Source of the DNA: Amylibacter sp.
GTDB taxonomy: Bacteria; Pseudomonadota; Alphaproteobacteria; Rhodobacterales; Rhodobacteraceae
Reading direction: 5' to 3'
Assembly (NCBI GenBank): GCA_021775375.1
Contig: JAJFHY010000114.1
Coordinates: 1-53,366, forward strand
DNA: 53,366 bases
Under the pieces are notes generated by a model that had not been told where the DNA came from, ran no database searches, and worked only from the letters and a program-made list of their open reading frames with translations. Position numbers and translations under genes: made by a program. Below, in pieces: positions 1 through 8,484 of the stretch. Numbering within the stretch: position 1 is the first letter of the stretch; every line of letters begins with the position of its first letter.

Positions 1-945
1 CCTGCACAACGTCTTGCAGCACGCATTACTGAACTGACAGACGGCGAAATTGATGTGAAATACTTTGCAGCCGGTGAACGTGTTGGTGCGTTTGACAGCT
101 TTGACGAAGTCGCTTCAGGCAATGCGCAAGCTTATATTGCCGCTGATTACTATTGGAAAGGCAAGCATCCCGGTTGGGCTGCCTTCACAGCTATTCCATT
201 CGGTTTGACATACACAGAAATGGATGCATGGATTAAATATGGCGGTGGCCAAGAGCTATGGGATGAAGTTGCAGGCGAATTTGGCCTGAAAAACTTTGCT
301 TGTGGCAATACAGGCGTTCAAATGGGTGGTTGGTTTAACAAAGAGATCAACTCTGCTGATGACTTCAAAGGCCTGAAAATGCGTATCCCAGGTCTGGGTG
401 GCGACGTTCTGGCTAAGCTTGGCGCATCTCCTGTATCACTTCCGGGTGGGCAGATTTACGAAAACCTTACATCCGGTGCGATTGATGCAACCGAATGGGT
501 TGGTCCGTATAACGATTACTTCATGAAGTTCTATGAAGCCGCGAAATACTACTATTTCCCGGGTATGCACGAGCCGGGCGCACAGCTTGCAATGGGTATG
601 AACGGTGAATTCTGGGGTGGTCTATCCGACAACCATAAAGCTATCGTCCAGGCTGCTTGTAACGAAGAGAACGCACGCACAATGGCAGAAACAAATGCCA
701 ACAACGGCGCGTTTCTGAACAAGCTGATCAACGATCACGGTGTGCAACTGCGCGAATTCAACGATGATGTTTATGACTCATTCGGTGAAGCGGCTGCAGA
801 GGTTCTTGAAGAAGCCCGCGATCACAGCCCATTGGCGAAAAAGATCATGGATGGTTTTGTAGAAGCACGTGCCGAAATCGGCTCATGGACTGCTTTGTCA
901 GACATGGCATACGTTCAAAAACGCAACCGTGTTTTGAACGGCTGA
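1..945 (+). CDS. dctP: TRAP transporter substrate-binding protein (DctP/TakP-like), 5'-truncated by the window edge
   Basis: Frame open from base 1 (PAQRLAARITELTDGEIDVKYF...); motifs GNTGVQMGGWFNKEI, GLKMRIPGLGG, IDATEWVGP; followed by dctQ and dctM. Confidence 0.93.
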   Translation, partial: PAQRLAARITELTDGEIDVKYFAAGERVGAFDSFDEVASGNAQAYIAADYYWKGKHPGWAAFTAIPFGLTYTEMDAWIKYGGGQELWDEVAGEFGLKNFACGNTGVQMGGWFNKEINSADDFKGLKMRIPGLGGDVLAKLGASPVSLPGGQIYENLTSGAIDATEWVGPYNDYFMKFYEAAKYYYFPGMHEPGAQLAMGMNGEFWGGLSDNHKAIVQAACNEENARTMAETNANNGAFLNKLINDHGVQLREFNDDVYDSFGEAAAEVLEEARDHSPLAKKIMDGFVEARAEIGSWTALSDMAYVQKRNRVLNG

Positions 946-964
946 TCGAACCATTATCACTGAT

Positions 965-999
965 AGGCCGAGACGGAGTTTTTCGTCTCGGCTTTTTTT
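965..999 (+). terminator. Intrinsic terminator or mRNA-stabilising hairpin after the SBP gene
   Basis: Stem GCCGAGACG (967-975) / CGTCTCGGC (984-992) followed by a T7 tract. Confidence 0.75.
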
Positions 1000-1051
1000 G
1001 AATTACTGAAAATCAGGGTCTTAACCTGATTTTGCCGTGGGGGAGACACGC

Positions 1052-2059
1052 ATGACAACGCCGGAAACCACACCTGATGTTGCAAGTGATTTGGATGGGG
1101 GACCTTTGAAAGGTGCCGCGCCAAATATTGCCCGCAGTCTGGGATGGTCAATCCTTTTTATTATGTTTGTCTATCTTGCGAATAACTTTCTGACATTCTG
1201 GGGTGGTCTGCCGGGCGCGTCTTTTTCGGGAAATGCGATGGCTATGGCGCAAGCAGCGCTTTACCCCATAGGCGTTCTGGGGGCGATCCTGATGGTGTTG
1301 CGAAGTACCGATGTGACATTGCGCCAAGACAGCATGCGCATCGCAAACATGAACACTTTTTTCATCCGGGCCTGTTTTTTCATCGTGCTTTATATCGGCA
1401 TTGTTGATGTTGTGATTTCGTTCCTGCGGGTCGAAGGTTTGTTGATCGACATCGTCGGCGAGGAAATGAATAAAAACATCGGCCGGTCGCGATTTCGTGG
1501 CGCTTACATACATTTTCCATTAATGATCCTTGGCGTTATAACCGCCATACGCAGCCGCGTTCTGGGGGTTGAATGGCTGGCGTTGATGGTAGTTGTTGCC
1601 GAACTTTTGATCGTATTTTTACGGTTTATATTTTCATATGAACAAGCCTTTATGGCTGATTTGGTGCGTTTTTGGTACGGTGCATTATTCCTGTTTGCCA
1701 GTGCCTATACGCTTTCTGAAGAAGGCCATGTTAGGGTTGATATCTTTTATGCGGGCTTTCGGAACAAAACCAAAGGCATGGTTAATGCTTTTGGCTCTTT
1801 ATTCATGGGTATAACCCTTTGTTGGACAATTCTGATCGTGGGGATGGGCAGCAAAAGTTCGATTATCAACAGCCCGCTTTTAAACTTTGAAACCACACAA
1901 TCGGGTTTTGGCCTTTATGTTAAATATCTAATGGCGGGTTTTCTGGGGGTCTTTGCGATATCCATGATGATCCAGTTCGTCAGTTACCTGATTGCTGCTG
2001 TCGCGGACGCGCGCGGTGACCCGGGCCATGTTAATCCAGAAGGCGCGGGGGCCATATAA
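1052..2059 (+). CDS. dctQ: TRAP transporter small permease (DctQ) with an N-terminal membrane extension
   Basis: C-terminal half has the DctQ signature (FLFASAYTL..EGHVRVDIFY); GGGAG RBS before ATG 1052; 335 aa. Confidence 0.85.
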   Translation: MTTPETTPDVASDLDGGPLKGAAPNIARSLGWSILFIMFVYLANNFLTFWGGLPGASFSGNAMAMAQAALYPIGVLGAILMVLRSTDVTLRQDSMRIANMNTFFIRACFFIVLYIGIVDVVISFLRVEGLLIDIVGEEMNKNIGRSRFRGAYIHFPLMILGVITAIRSRVLGVEWLALMVVVAELLIVFLRFIFSYEQAFMADLVRFWYGALFLFASAYTLSEEGHVRVDIFYAGFRNKTKGMVNAFGSLFMGITLCWTILIVGMGSKSSIINSPLLNFETTQSGFGLYVKYLMAGFLGVFAISMMIQFVSYLIAAVADARGDPGHVNPEGAGAI

Positions 2060-2061
2060 CG

Positions 2062-4713
2062 ATGGAACTGTATTTTCTACTTCTTCTTGTCATCCTGATG
2101 GCAGCAGCACTTGGTTCCGGTTTCCCGGTTGCATTTGCTTTGCCGGGCGCGTCGATTATCACAATCGCGATTGCCGCCGGCACGGGATATCTGTTTAGCG
2201 GCGCAACAGACGCTTATTTTTCACAAGGCGGGCCCAGCCAATGGCTCTCGGCGGGGGTAACCAACCTGCGCGGGGTTTATTGGGAAGCGGAACGCGATAC
2301 GCTGATTGCGATCCCGTTGTTCATTTTCATGGGCATCATGCTGCAACGCTCTAAAATTGCCGAGGACCTGCTGATCACAATGGCCAATCTATTTGGGCCA
2401 ATTCCGGGTGGTCTTGGAATATCCGTGGTTTTCGTGGGGGCATTGCTTGCCGCCACCACAGGGATTGTCGGTGCTACCGTTGTGGCCATGGGACTGATTT
2501 CACTGCCTGCGATGATGCGTAACGGCTATTCCAATTCGCTGGCCACAGGCACGATTGCGGCATCCGGTACATTGGGGCAAATCATTCCGCCATCAATTGT
2601 GTTGATTATTCTGGCGGACCAGCTGTCCAGTGCCGCAGATCAGGCGGGAACTTTGCGCAAAGCGCTCTATAAAACCACAACAGGCGAGTTGTCGATGCCG
2701 TCTTCCTTTGATGTGGTATCGACCAGTGCCGGCGAGATGTTCCTTGGCGCATTGGTTCCCGGCTTAGTTCTGGTTGGCCTTTACATGGCTTATATTATGG
2801 TAGTCGCGGTACTGCGCCCGAAAATGGCGCCACCGGTTCTGTACAAAGGCAAATACGACACCGCATTTGCCTTTAACGTATTTATGACACTGGTGCCGCC
2901 ATTGGCCCTGATCTTCTTGGTTTTGGGCTCGATCATTGGCGGTATTGCCACAGTGAACCAGGCGGGTGCCATTGGTGCCGCAGGTGCGCTGGTGATGGCT
3001 GGTTACCGTTTGAACGAGGGTAAAAAAGGGACCTATCTTCCGGTCATTCTTGCACTGGCCAGTTTGGCGATGATTTACCTTGTGATGTCCAATTTCAACA
3101 CCAACATCAAAAATATCAAAAACACCTCTGATATGATCGGCGTGAGCCTTGCGATTATCGCCTCCCTTGGCCTGATCACGGCCTTGGTCTGGAGTGCGAT
3201 CCGCGCCTTCAAGGTAGAAGACACTTTGCGCAGTGTGATGCGTGAAACCGCCAAAGCCACCTCATTGGTGTTTATCATCCTGCTGGGGGCGGCCATTTTG
3301 ACTGCTGCGTTTCGCGCCTTTGGCGGCGAGCATCTGGTCAAGGATTTTCTGGAAGGCCTGCCGGGTGGCTTCTGGTTCAAGTTCATCATCGTGATGTCGG
3401 TGATTTTCTTCATGGGGTTCTTTTTGGACTTCATCGAGATTGCCGTGGTGGTGGTCCCTATCGTTGCCCCCATCCTGTTGGCCGACCCTGGTGCAAATGT
3501 CACTGCGGTTTGGCTTGGCGTTATGATCGGGTTGAACATCCAAACCTCGTTCCTGACCCCGCCCTTTGGCTTTGCATTGTTCTATTTACGCGGTGTTGCC
3601 CCCGCTGCGGTTAAAACCATGCAAATGTACAAAGGTGTTGTACCCTTTATCGGGCTGCAATTGATAGCACTTGTCATCGTTGGCAACACGCCGCAGCTGG
3701 TGAATTACCTGCCGAACAGAGTATCGTTGCTGTCTGATAATGCACCGCCCCCGCGCAACCCGAAACTGGGCTATTGCGTGGATAAGTTTATCAGCAAAGA
3801 AATTGCTGCAAACGGGGCGGATCTGTTGGCGATTGGTGAGGCCGCAGGCGAAATGGATTTGAGCATTTTGCCCGACGATTTTGCCAATGCAACACTTGAC
3901 AGTTTTGATAATGTCGCCAAAGCACTTGCTCAGTTAAAATTGGCCGAGAAGGCCGCAGAGGATGTGCAAACAGCATCAGTGGGTTATCGACCCCTTCATC
4001 AGCATGTGCGTATGCTTGAGCGTGACGCGGCAAGTATTGATCGGGCTATTGAAACGCTAGAGGATCGCATTAATGATTTGCCAGAAGACAGTCCAAAAGC
4101 GGCTGTATTGAACGGAAAAATTGTCAATCTGACGGCTGATAAAGATATGCTTTTGGCGCAAATCCCATCAAATTGGGAAGATGAACATAATGCCTATCAG
4201 CAAATAAGCAAGGCCGAAACCAAAGCCTATTCGGTGTTCAGGCGCCTGTCTCAACAGTCCTATGCGCCTGTGATGGAAACTTTGGATATCCTCAATAGCG
4301 GCGAAGCATACCGCGCACTTCAGGATGAATTGATGGCCTCAAAAGATATGGTTGCAAACACTGCACCCATCGATGCGGTAGAGCCTTTGGCTGATCTTGC
4401 TGGCAAGTTCTCTGATGTGGCCGGTGCGGGGGGTGTTAAATCCGCCATTTCCAAAGCCAGACGTGCGGTTAAGTCAAAAACGCCTGATAAGGAAAAAGCA
4501 CAGGCACAACTGGATAAAGCCATTGCGCTGTATAACGAGCAACTTGAATGGCGTGCCAATGCCGAGGCTGAGATTGCTCCGAAACTGGAAAGCTATGTGG
4601 CCAATATGCGCACAACAATGGGCTTGCGTGAGCAAAGAAAGTTCACCCGAGAACAAGCCTTGTTTGTGGCGTCATGTACATCTTATCACCGCGATGTTTC
4701 ATTGAATTTCTAA
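2062..4713 (+). CDS. dctM: TRAP transporter large permease (DctM) with a C-terminal soluble helical extension of about 330 aa
   Basis: Motifs GFPVAFAL, LIAIPLFIFMG, AASGTLGQIIPPSI, QTSFLTPPFGFALFYLRG; 883 aa. Confidence 0.9.
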   Translation: MELYFLLLLVILMAAALGSGFPVAFALPGASIITIAIAAGTGYLFSGATDAYFSQGGPSQWLSAGVTNLRGVYWEAERDTLIAIPLFIFMGIMLQRSKIAEDLLITMANLFGPIPGGLGISVVFVGALLAATTGIVGATVVAMGLISLPAMMRNGYSNSLATGTIAASGTLGQIIPPSIVLIILADQLSSAADQAGTLRKALYKTTTGELSMPSSFDVVSTSAGEMFLGALVPGLVLVGLYMAYIMVVAVLRPKMAPPVLYKGKYDTAFAFNVFMTLVPPLALIFLVLGSIIGGIATVNQAGAIGAAGALVMAGYRLNEGKKGTYLPVILALASLAMIYLVMSNFNTNIKNIKNTSDMIGVSLAIIASLGLITALVWSAIRAFKVEDTLRSVMRETAKATSLVFIILLGAAILTAAFRAFGGEHLVKDFLEGLPGGFWFKFIIVMSVIFFMGFFLDFIEIAVVVVPIVAPILLADPGANVTAVWLGVMIGLNIQTSFLTPPFGFALFYLRGVAPAAVKTMQMYKGVVPFIGLQLIALVIVGNTPQLVNYLPNRVSLLSDNAPPPRNPKLGYCVDKFISKEIAANGADLLAIGEAAGEMDLSILPDDFANATLDSFDNVAKALAQLKLAEKAAEDVQTASVGYRPLHQHVRMLERDAASIDRAIETLEDRINDLPEDSPKAAVLNGKIVNLTADKDMLLAQIPSNWEDEHNAYQQISKAETKAYSVFRRLSQQSYAPVMETLDILNSGEAYRALQDELMASKDMVANTAPIDAVEPLADLAGKFSDVAGAGGVKSAISKARRAVKSKTPDKEKAQAQLDKAIALYNEQLEWRANAEAEIAPKLESYVANMRTTMGLREQRKFTREQALFVASCTSYHRDVSLNF

Positions 4714-4716
4714 GCG

Positions 4717-4741
4717 CATCACCCGGCAGGTTCGGGTGATG
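4717..4741 (+). terminator. Hairpin directly after dctM (possible terminator or 3' stabiliser)
   Basis: CATCACCCG (4717-4725) / CGGGTGATG (4733-4741); no poly-T tail. Confidence 0.4.
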
Positions 4742-4871
4742 AAGTGATGCATACATTTACCTGCCGTGGCCTGTCGCAAACCCGATGTCCCAGTTGGGAC
4801 ACCTATTTAACATATTGATATAATTTAATTATTCATAAAAACATAAAGCTTTAAAAACGCACTTCAAAAAA

Positions 4872-4896
4872 GCAGGGCGGGCTTCAGCCCACGCGT
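4872..4896 (+). repeat. GTAG-family REP-like palindrome, degenerate copy
   Basis: GCAGGGCGGGCTTCAGCCCACGCGT; 23/25 identical to the reverse complement of 6151-6175. Confidence 0.7.
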
Positions 4897-5036
4897 TGCG
4901 ATGATCATTTCAATCGCAAAGCTGGCTTTACAGGTGGGAAATTGATACGGTGAATTTGACTATCATACAACGACATGATGCATTGCTGATAACTTCATTA
5001 TCATTCACTTAAGAACCTATTGAAGAAAGAGTTGAG

Positions 5037-5957
5037 ATGTCAAAAATATTCGATCCAGTGAAGGTTCCATTTATAGGTGCCAGTAAAAAAACTGATATCG
5101 CAGATGCGGATTTAGTTGTTTTTGGTGCGCCACACGGAACACCTTATCGCGATATTAATAATGAGTCACACGCTGGTACGCCGGATGCGTTGCGTCATGC
5201 GTTGGCAGAAGATTCGCTATGGCTGGATCATTGGGATTTTGACTTAGGTGGCCCGCTGCTTGGCGATGGGGAATTTACTGTCGCTGATGCCGGTAACCTT
5301 AAAACGGCATCTTTGGACGGAGACGGCAACAGGCGTTTGATTAGAGAAGCAACCACGCAAATTATTGGCAGTGGCGCAATCCCCATGATGATAGGTGGCG
5401 ACGATTCTACGCCCATTCCTTTTATCGAAGCACTGAAATCCCTTGGGCCGCTGACGATAATTCAGATTGATGCGCATATTGATTGGCGAGATGAACGTCG
5501 CGGTGAGTCTATGGGGTATTCCAGCACGATGAGACGCGCGTCGGAACTGGATCATGTCGAGAATATTGTTCAAGTCGGCATTCGCGGAGTGGGATCAGCC
5601 CGTCGTGCGGAAGTCGAAATTGCAAGAGATTGGGGCGCATAAATTGTAACAGCAAGAGAGTTTCATCGAGACGGGATAGAGGCTGTGATGAAGCACCTGA
5701 AAAGTGGTGCTAATTGCATGATTACTATGGATTGCGACGCGTTGGATGCGGGCATAATGCCTGCAGTAATGGCACCTACACCCGGAGGATTATCTTACAC
5801 GCAATCGATTGATCTGATTGATGCCGTTATAAAAAAATCCAAACTTGTTGCCTTTGATATGATCGAATCCGTGCCAGAACGAGATAAGGATGGAACAGCA
5901 GCCATTACCGCGGCGCGAATTCTGGCAAACGCTCTTGGTTGTCTGGCACGTAAGTAA
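5037..5957 (+). pseudogene. Ureohydrolase (agmatinase/guanidinobutyrase family) split by an in-frame TAA at 5640-5642
   Basis: ORFs 5037..5642 and 5685..5957 share a frame (WGA*IVTAREF); motifs GGDDS, DAHID, DCDALD, PTPGGL. Confidence 0.85.
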
Positions 5958-5974
5958 TCATTGACAGATATGTA

Positions 5975-6093
5975 GAAAAACCCACCAAAGCCGCCCTGAT
6001 CGTAACCGCCAGAAAACTGGTCACAATCCTGAACACCATGAAGCAAAACAGCTGTGATTACCGAAAACCCGTGCAAAATTAAAGACAGTTGCT
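5975..6093 (+). mobile_element. IS110-family transposase 3' remnant
   Basis: Hand translation EKPTKAALIVTARKLVTILNTMKQNSCDYRKPVQN* (stop 6080-6082) resembles the IS110 C-terminal GKPxKxAxxAxxRKLxxILNAM motif; not in the ORF track. Confidence 0.6.
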
Positions 6094-6150
6094 ACGCTAG
6101 CTGGTTGTGGCAGTATTATGATGGTTTTGGTTTATGGGACTTACGTTGTT

Positions 6151-6175
6151 ACGCGTGGGCTGAAGCCCACCCTAC
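6151..6175 (-). repeat. GTAG-family REP-like palindrome
   Basis: Minus strand reads GTAGGGTGGGCTTCAGCCCACGCGT: a GTAG tetranucleotide followed by a GTGGGCT/AGCCCAC stem. Confidence 0.75.
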
Positions 6176-7503
6176 GGGTGTTTGGGCAGGATTTCTGTGA
6201 ATGTTTTATCCAGCTTATCCACCAGTTCCGTCATTTCGGCGTCCGATATTATGAACGGCGGGGCCAGCAGGATGTGATCGCCGATCTGCCCGTCGCGCGT
6301 GCCTGACATGGGGTAGCAGATCAGGCCGTTTTCAAAGGCTTGTTTTTTGAACTTTGCCGCCAGTTTCAGGGCAGGGTCAAACGGTGTCTTTGTTTCCCGG
6401 TCTTCTACAATTTCCAGCCCCAAGAACATGCCTTTGCCGCGAATATCCCCGATGAAGGGGTGCTGGCCGAACCTTTGGGTCAGCATATCTTTTAGGTGCG
6501 CCCCTTTATCGCGTGATTGCGCGATCAAGCCGCGCCCCAATAGCGCTTTGACCACAGCCAGACCTGCGGCGGCAGCGACGGGATGGCCGATATAGGTGTG
6601 GCCATGCTGGAAAAACCCGCTGCCCGCTTCGATGGTCGCGTAAATATCAGCAGAACAGAGCATCGCCCCGATCGGTTGATAACCGGCGCCCAGACCTTTG
6701 GCGATGCACAGGATATCGGGGCTGATGTTATCGGCCTCACAGGCGAAGAGATGGCCAGTGCGCCCCATGCCGCACATGACCTCATCCAATATCAGCAACA
6801 CGCCGTATTGATCACATATTTCGCGGATACGTTTAAAGTAACCTGGCACGCCGGGTACAGCACCAATAGTGGCGCCAACAACGGGTTCGGCGATAAAGGC
6901 CATAACGGTTTCGGGGCCAAGACGGATGATTTCGTCTTCCAGTTCCTGTGCGGCGCGCAGGCCATAAGCTTCAGTTGTTTCATCCGCATTCCGATCCACA
7001 TATTCATAGCAGGGTGCGATGTGGCTGACGTTCATCAGTAGCGGGTCAAACTGTTTGCGCCGCCATTGGTTGCCACCTGCGGCGAGTGCGCCCAGCGTGT
7101 TGCCGTGGTAGCTTTGACGCCGTGCAATCAGGTTTTGCCGTTGCGGTTCGCCTTTTTCCAGAAAGTATTGGCGTGATAGCTTTATTGCGGCTTCTACCGC
7201 TTCGGACCCACCTGAAACCAGATAGACCCTGTCAATACCGTCAGGTGCGTGTTCAACCAGTAGTTCGGCCAGATCTTCGGCCGGTTTTGACGTCATGAAC
7301 CCTGTGTGTGCAAATTCCAGCGTGTCCAGCTGATCCTTGATCACTTGGATAATCTCGGTATCGCCATGCCCAAGACATGAAACGGCAGCGCCGCCCGAGG
7401 CATCCAGATAACGTTTGCCCTCTTTGTCGATCAGATAGCACCCGTCGCCGCCAACGGCGACAGGGGCTTGCCATTTGCTGTGGCGTGGAAAAATATTACT
7501 CAT
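6172..7503 (-). CDS. Class III PLP-dependent aminotransferase (omega/beta-amino acid type)
   Basis: YLDASGGAAVSCLGH, SGGSEA, SYHG, FIAEPVVG, LILDEVMCGMGRTG, PDILCIAKGLG, HGHTY. Confidence 0.92.
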   Translation of the reverse strand: MSNIFPRHSKWQAPVAVGGDGCYLIDKEGKRYLDASGGAAVSCLGHGDTEIIQVIKDQLDTLEFAHTGFMTSKPAEDLAELLVEHAPDGIDRVYLVSGGSEAVEAAIKLSRQYFLEKGEPQRQNLIARRQSYHGNTLGALAAGGNQWRRKQFDPLLMNVSHIAPCYEYVDRNADETTEAYGLRAAQELEDEIIRLGPETVMAFIAEPVVGATIGAVPGVPGYFKRIREICDQYGVLLILDEVMCGMGRTGHLFACEADNISPDILCIAKGLGAGYQPIGAMLCSADIYATIEAGSGFFQHGHTYIGHPVAAAAGLAVVKALLGRGLIAQSRDKGAHLKDMLTQRFGQHPFIGDIRGKGMFLGLEIVEDRETKTPFDPALKLAAKFKKQAFENGLICYPMSGTRDGQIGDHILLAPPFIISDAEMTELVDKLDKTFTEILPKHP

Positions 7504-8260
7504 GGGTCATATCCTTGATAAGGGCTGCGGCCAAAGCCACGGTTTGTGCGTTATTTTCAGCGGGGCTGCCATCCGGCAGCAAAATGTTGTTTTCAAAACC
7601 GATACGAATGTTGCCACCCATATGCAAGGCAGTCTTGGCACAGGCTAGTTCATGTTGGCCAAAGGCGCAAATCATCCAGTCCAAATTTAATCCTTCCGAG
7701 GCTGCAAGGAAGCTGTTTAGATTTTCGGGTCGTGCCGGCACTACCGGGTGATATTGGCCAAGCACGTAAATCACCGATGTCATATCGGCTGGTATCCATG
7801 ATTTGGCATACCATGAGCGAAGTAATGCAATGTCACTTGCATCGTATAAGATATGCTGAACCTCTGTTTTGGCCTCGTCGCAAAACCCGTAAACATGTGC
7901 AGCAAGGGATGTGTCACGCGCCATCTCACGGATGGATATGCTGGCAGTTGCGGGTGTTAACGATTTGATGCAGTGAAATTGGGTTGCAACGTCAAAAATA
8001 CCGCCGCTTTCGGTTGTGATTTGGATCGGCATATCAGGAACCTTGTCTGACACGGCACTTATGGCCTCTTTGTAAAGCACAGGGTCTAGGCTATGGGATC
8101 CATCATCAGTGCGCACATGTAAATGCAGGCTGTGGGCACCCGCCTGAAAACAATCTTCGGCCGTTTGTGCAATCTCAGGGATGGTTAATGGCAGCAACGG
8201 GTGGTCGGATTTTCGTTTTCTGGCCCCATTTGGTGCGGCCATAAGTTTTGTTTGAGACAT
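7496..8260 (-). CDS. Beta-keto acid cleavage enzyme (DUF849/BKACE, Kce family)
   Basis: APNGAR..DHP, HLHVR zinc motif, QITT, RIGFENN; start taken at ATG 8260; overlaps the aminotransferase start. Confidence 0.88.
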   Translation of the reverse strand: MSQTKLMAAPNGARKRKSDHPLLPLTIPEIAQTAEDCFQAGAHSLHLHVRTDDGSHSLDPVLYKEAISAVSDKVPDMPIQITTESGGIFDVATQFHCIKSLTPATASISIREMARDTSLAAHVYGFCDEAKTEVQHILYDASDIALLRSWYAKSWIPADMTSVIYVLGQYHPVVPARPENLNSFLAASEGLNLDWMICAFGQHELACAKTALHMGGNIRIGFENNILLPDGSPAENNAQTVALAAALIKDMTHE

Positions 8261-8317
8261 GATTCTAACGGGTTTCTTCAACAGGGCATGGTTATTTGGG
8301 AGTTTTGGAGTTCTTAG

Positions 8318-8335
8318 ATATAACATATGTTATAT
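8318..8335. promoter_or_regulatory. Perfect 18-bp palindrome, putative operator (RpiR candidate)
   Basis: ATATAACAT|ATGTTATAT; a near copy lies at 9610-9624. Confidence 0.55.
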
Positions 8336-8484
8336 ATATGGGAAATAAAAACAATAGCAAAATGCAGCAAAAAGAAATATTCCTGAAGAGGGCTATGTGT
8401 AAAGTAAGCGGGTAACATGTTCGTGAACATGATAATTTACTTGGCGTTGTATTTTCGATAAAGCTTAATGAAAAGAAAGCAGTT

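Noticed and set aside
5640-5642. Programmed readthrough or selenocysteine recoding in the ureohydrolase
   Set aside because: The stop is TAA rather than TGA or TAG, the position is not catalytic, and no SECIS-like hairpin is evident
8416-8431. LexA box
   Set aside because: It is an inverted repeat, not the alphaproteobacterial GTTC-N7-GTTC direct repeat
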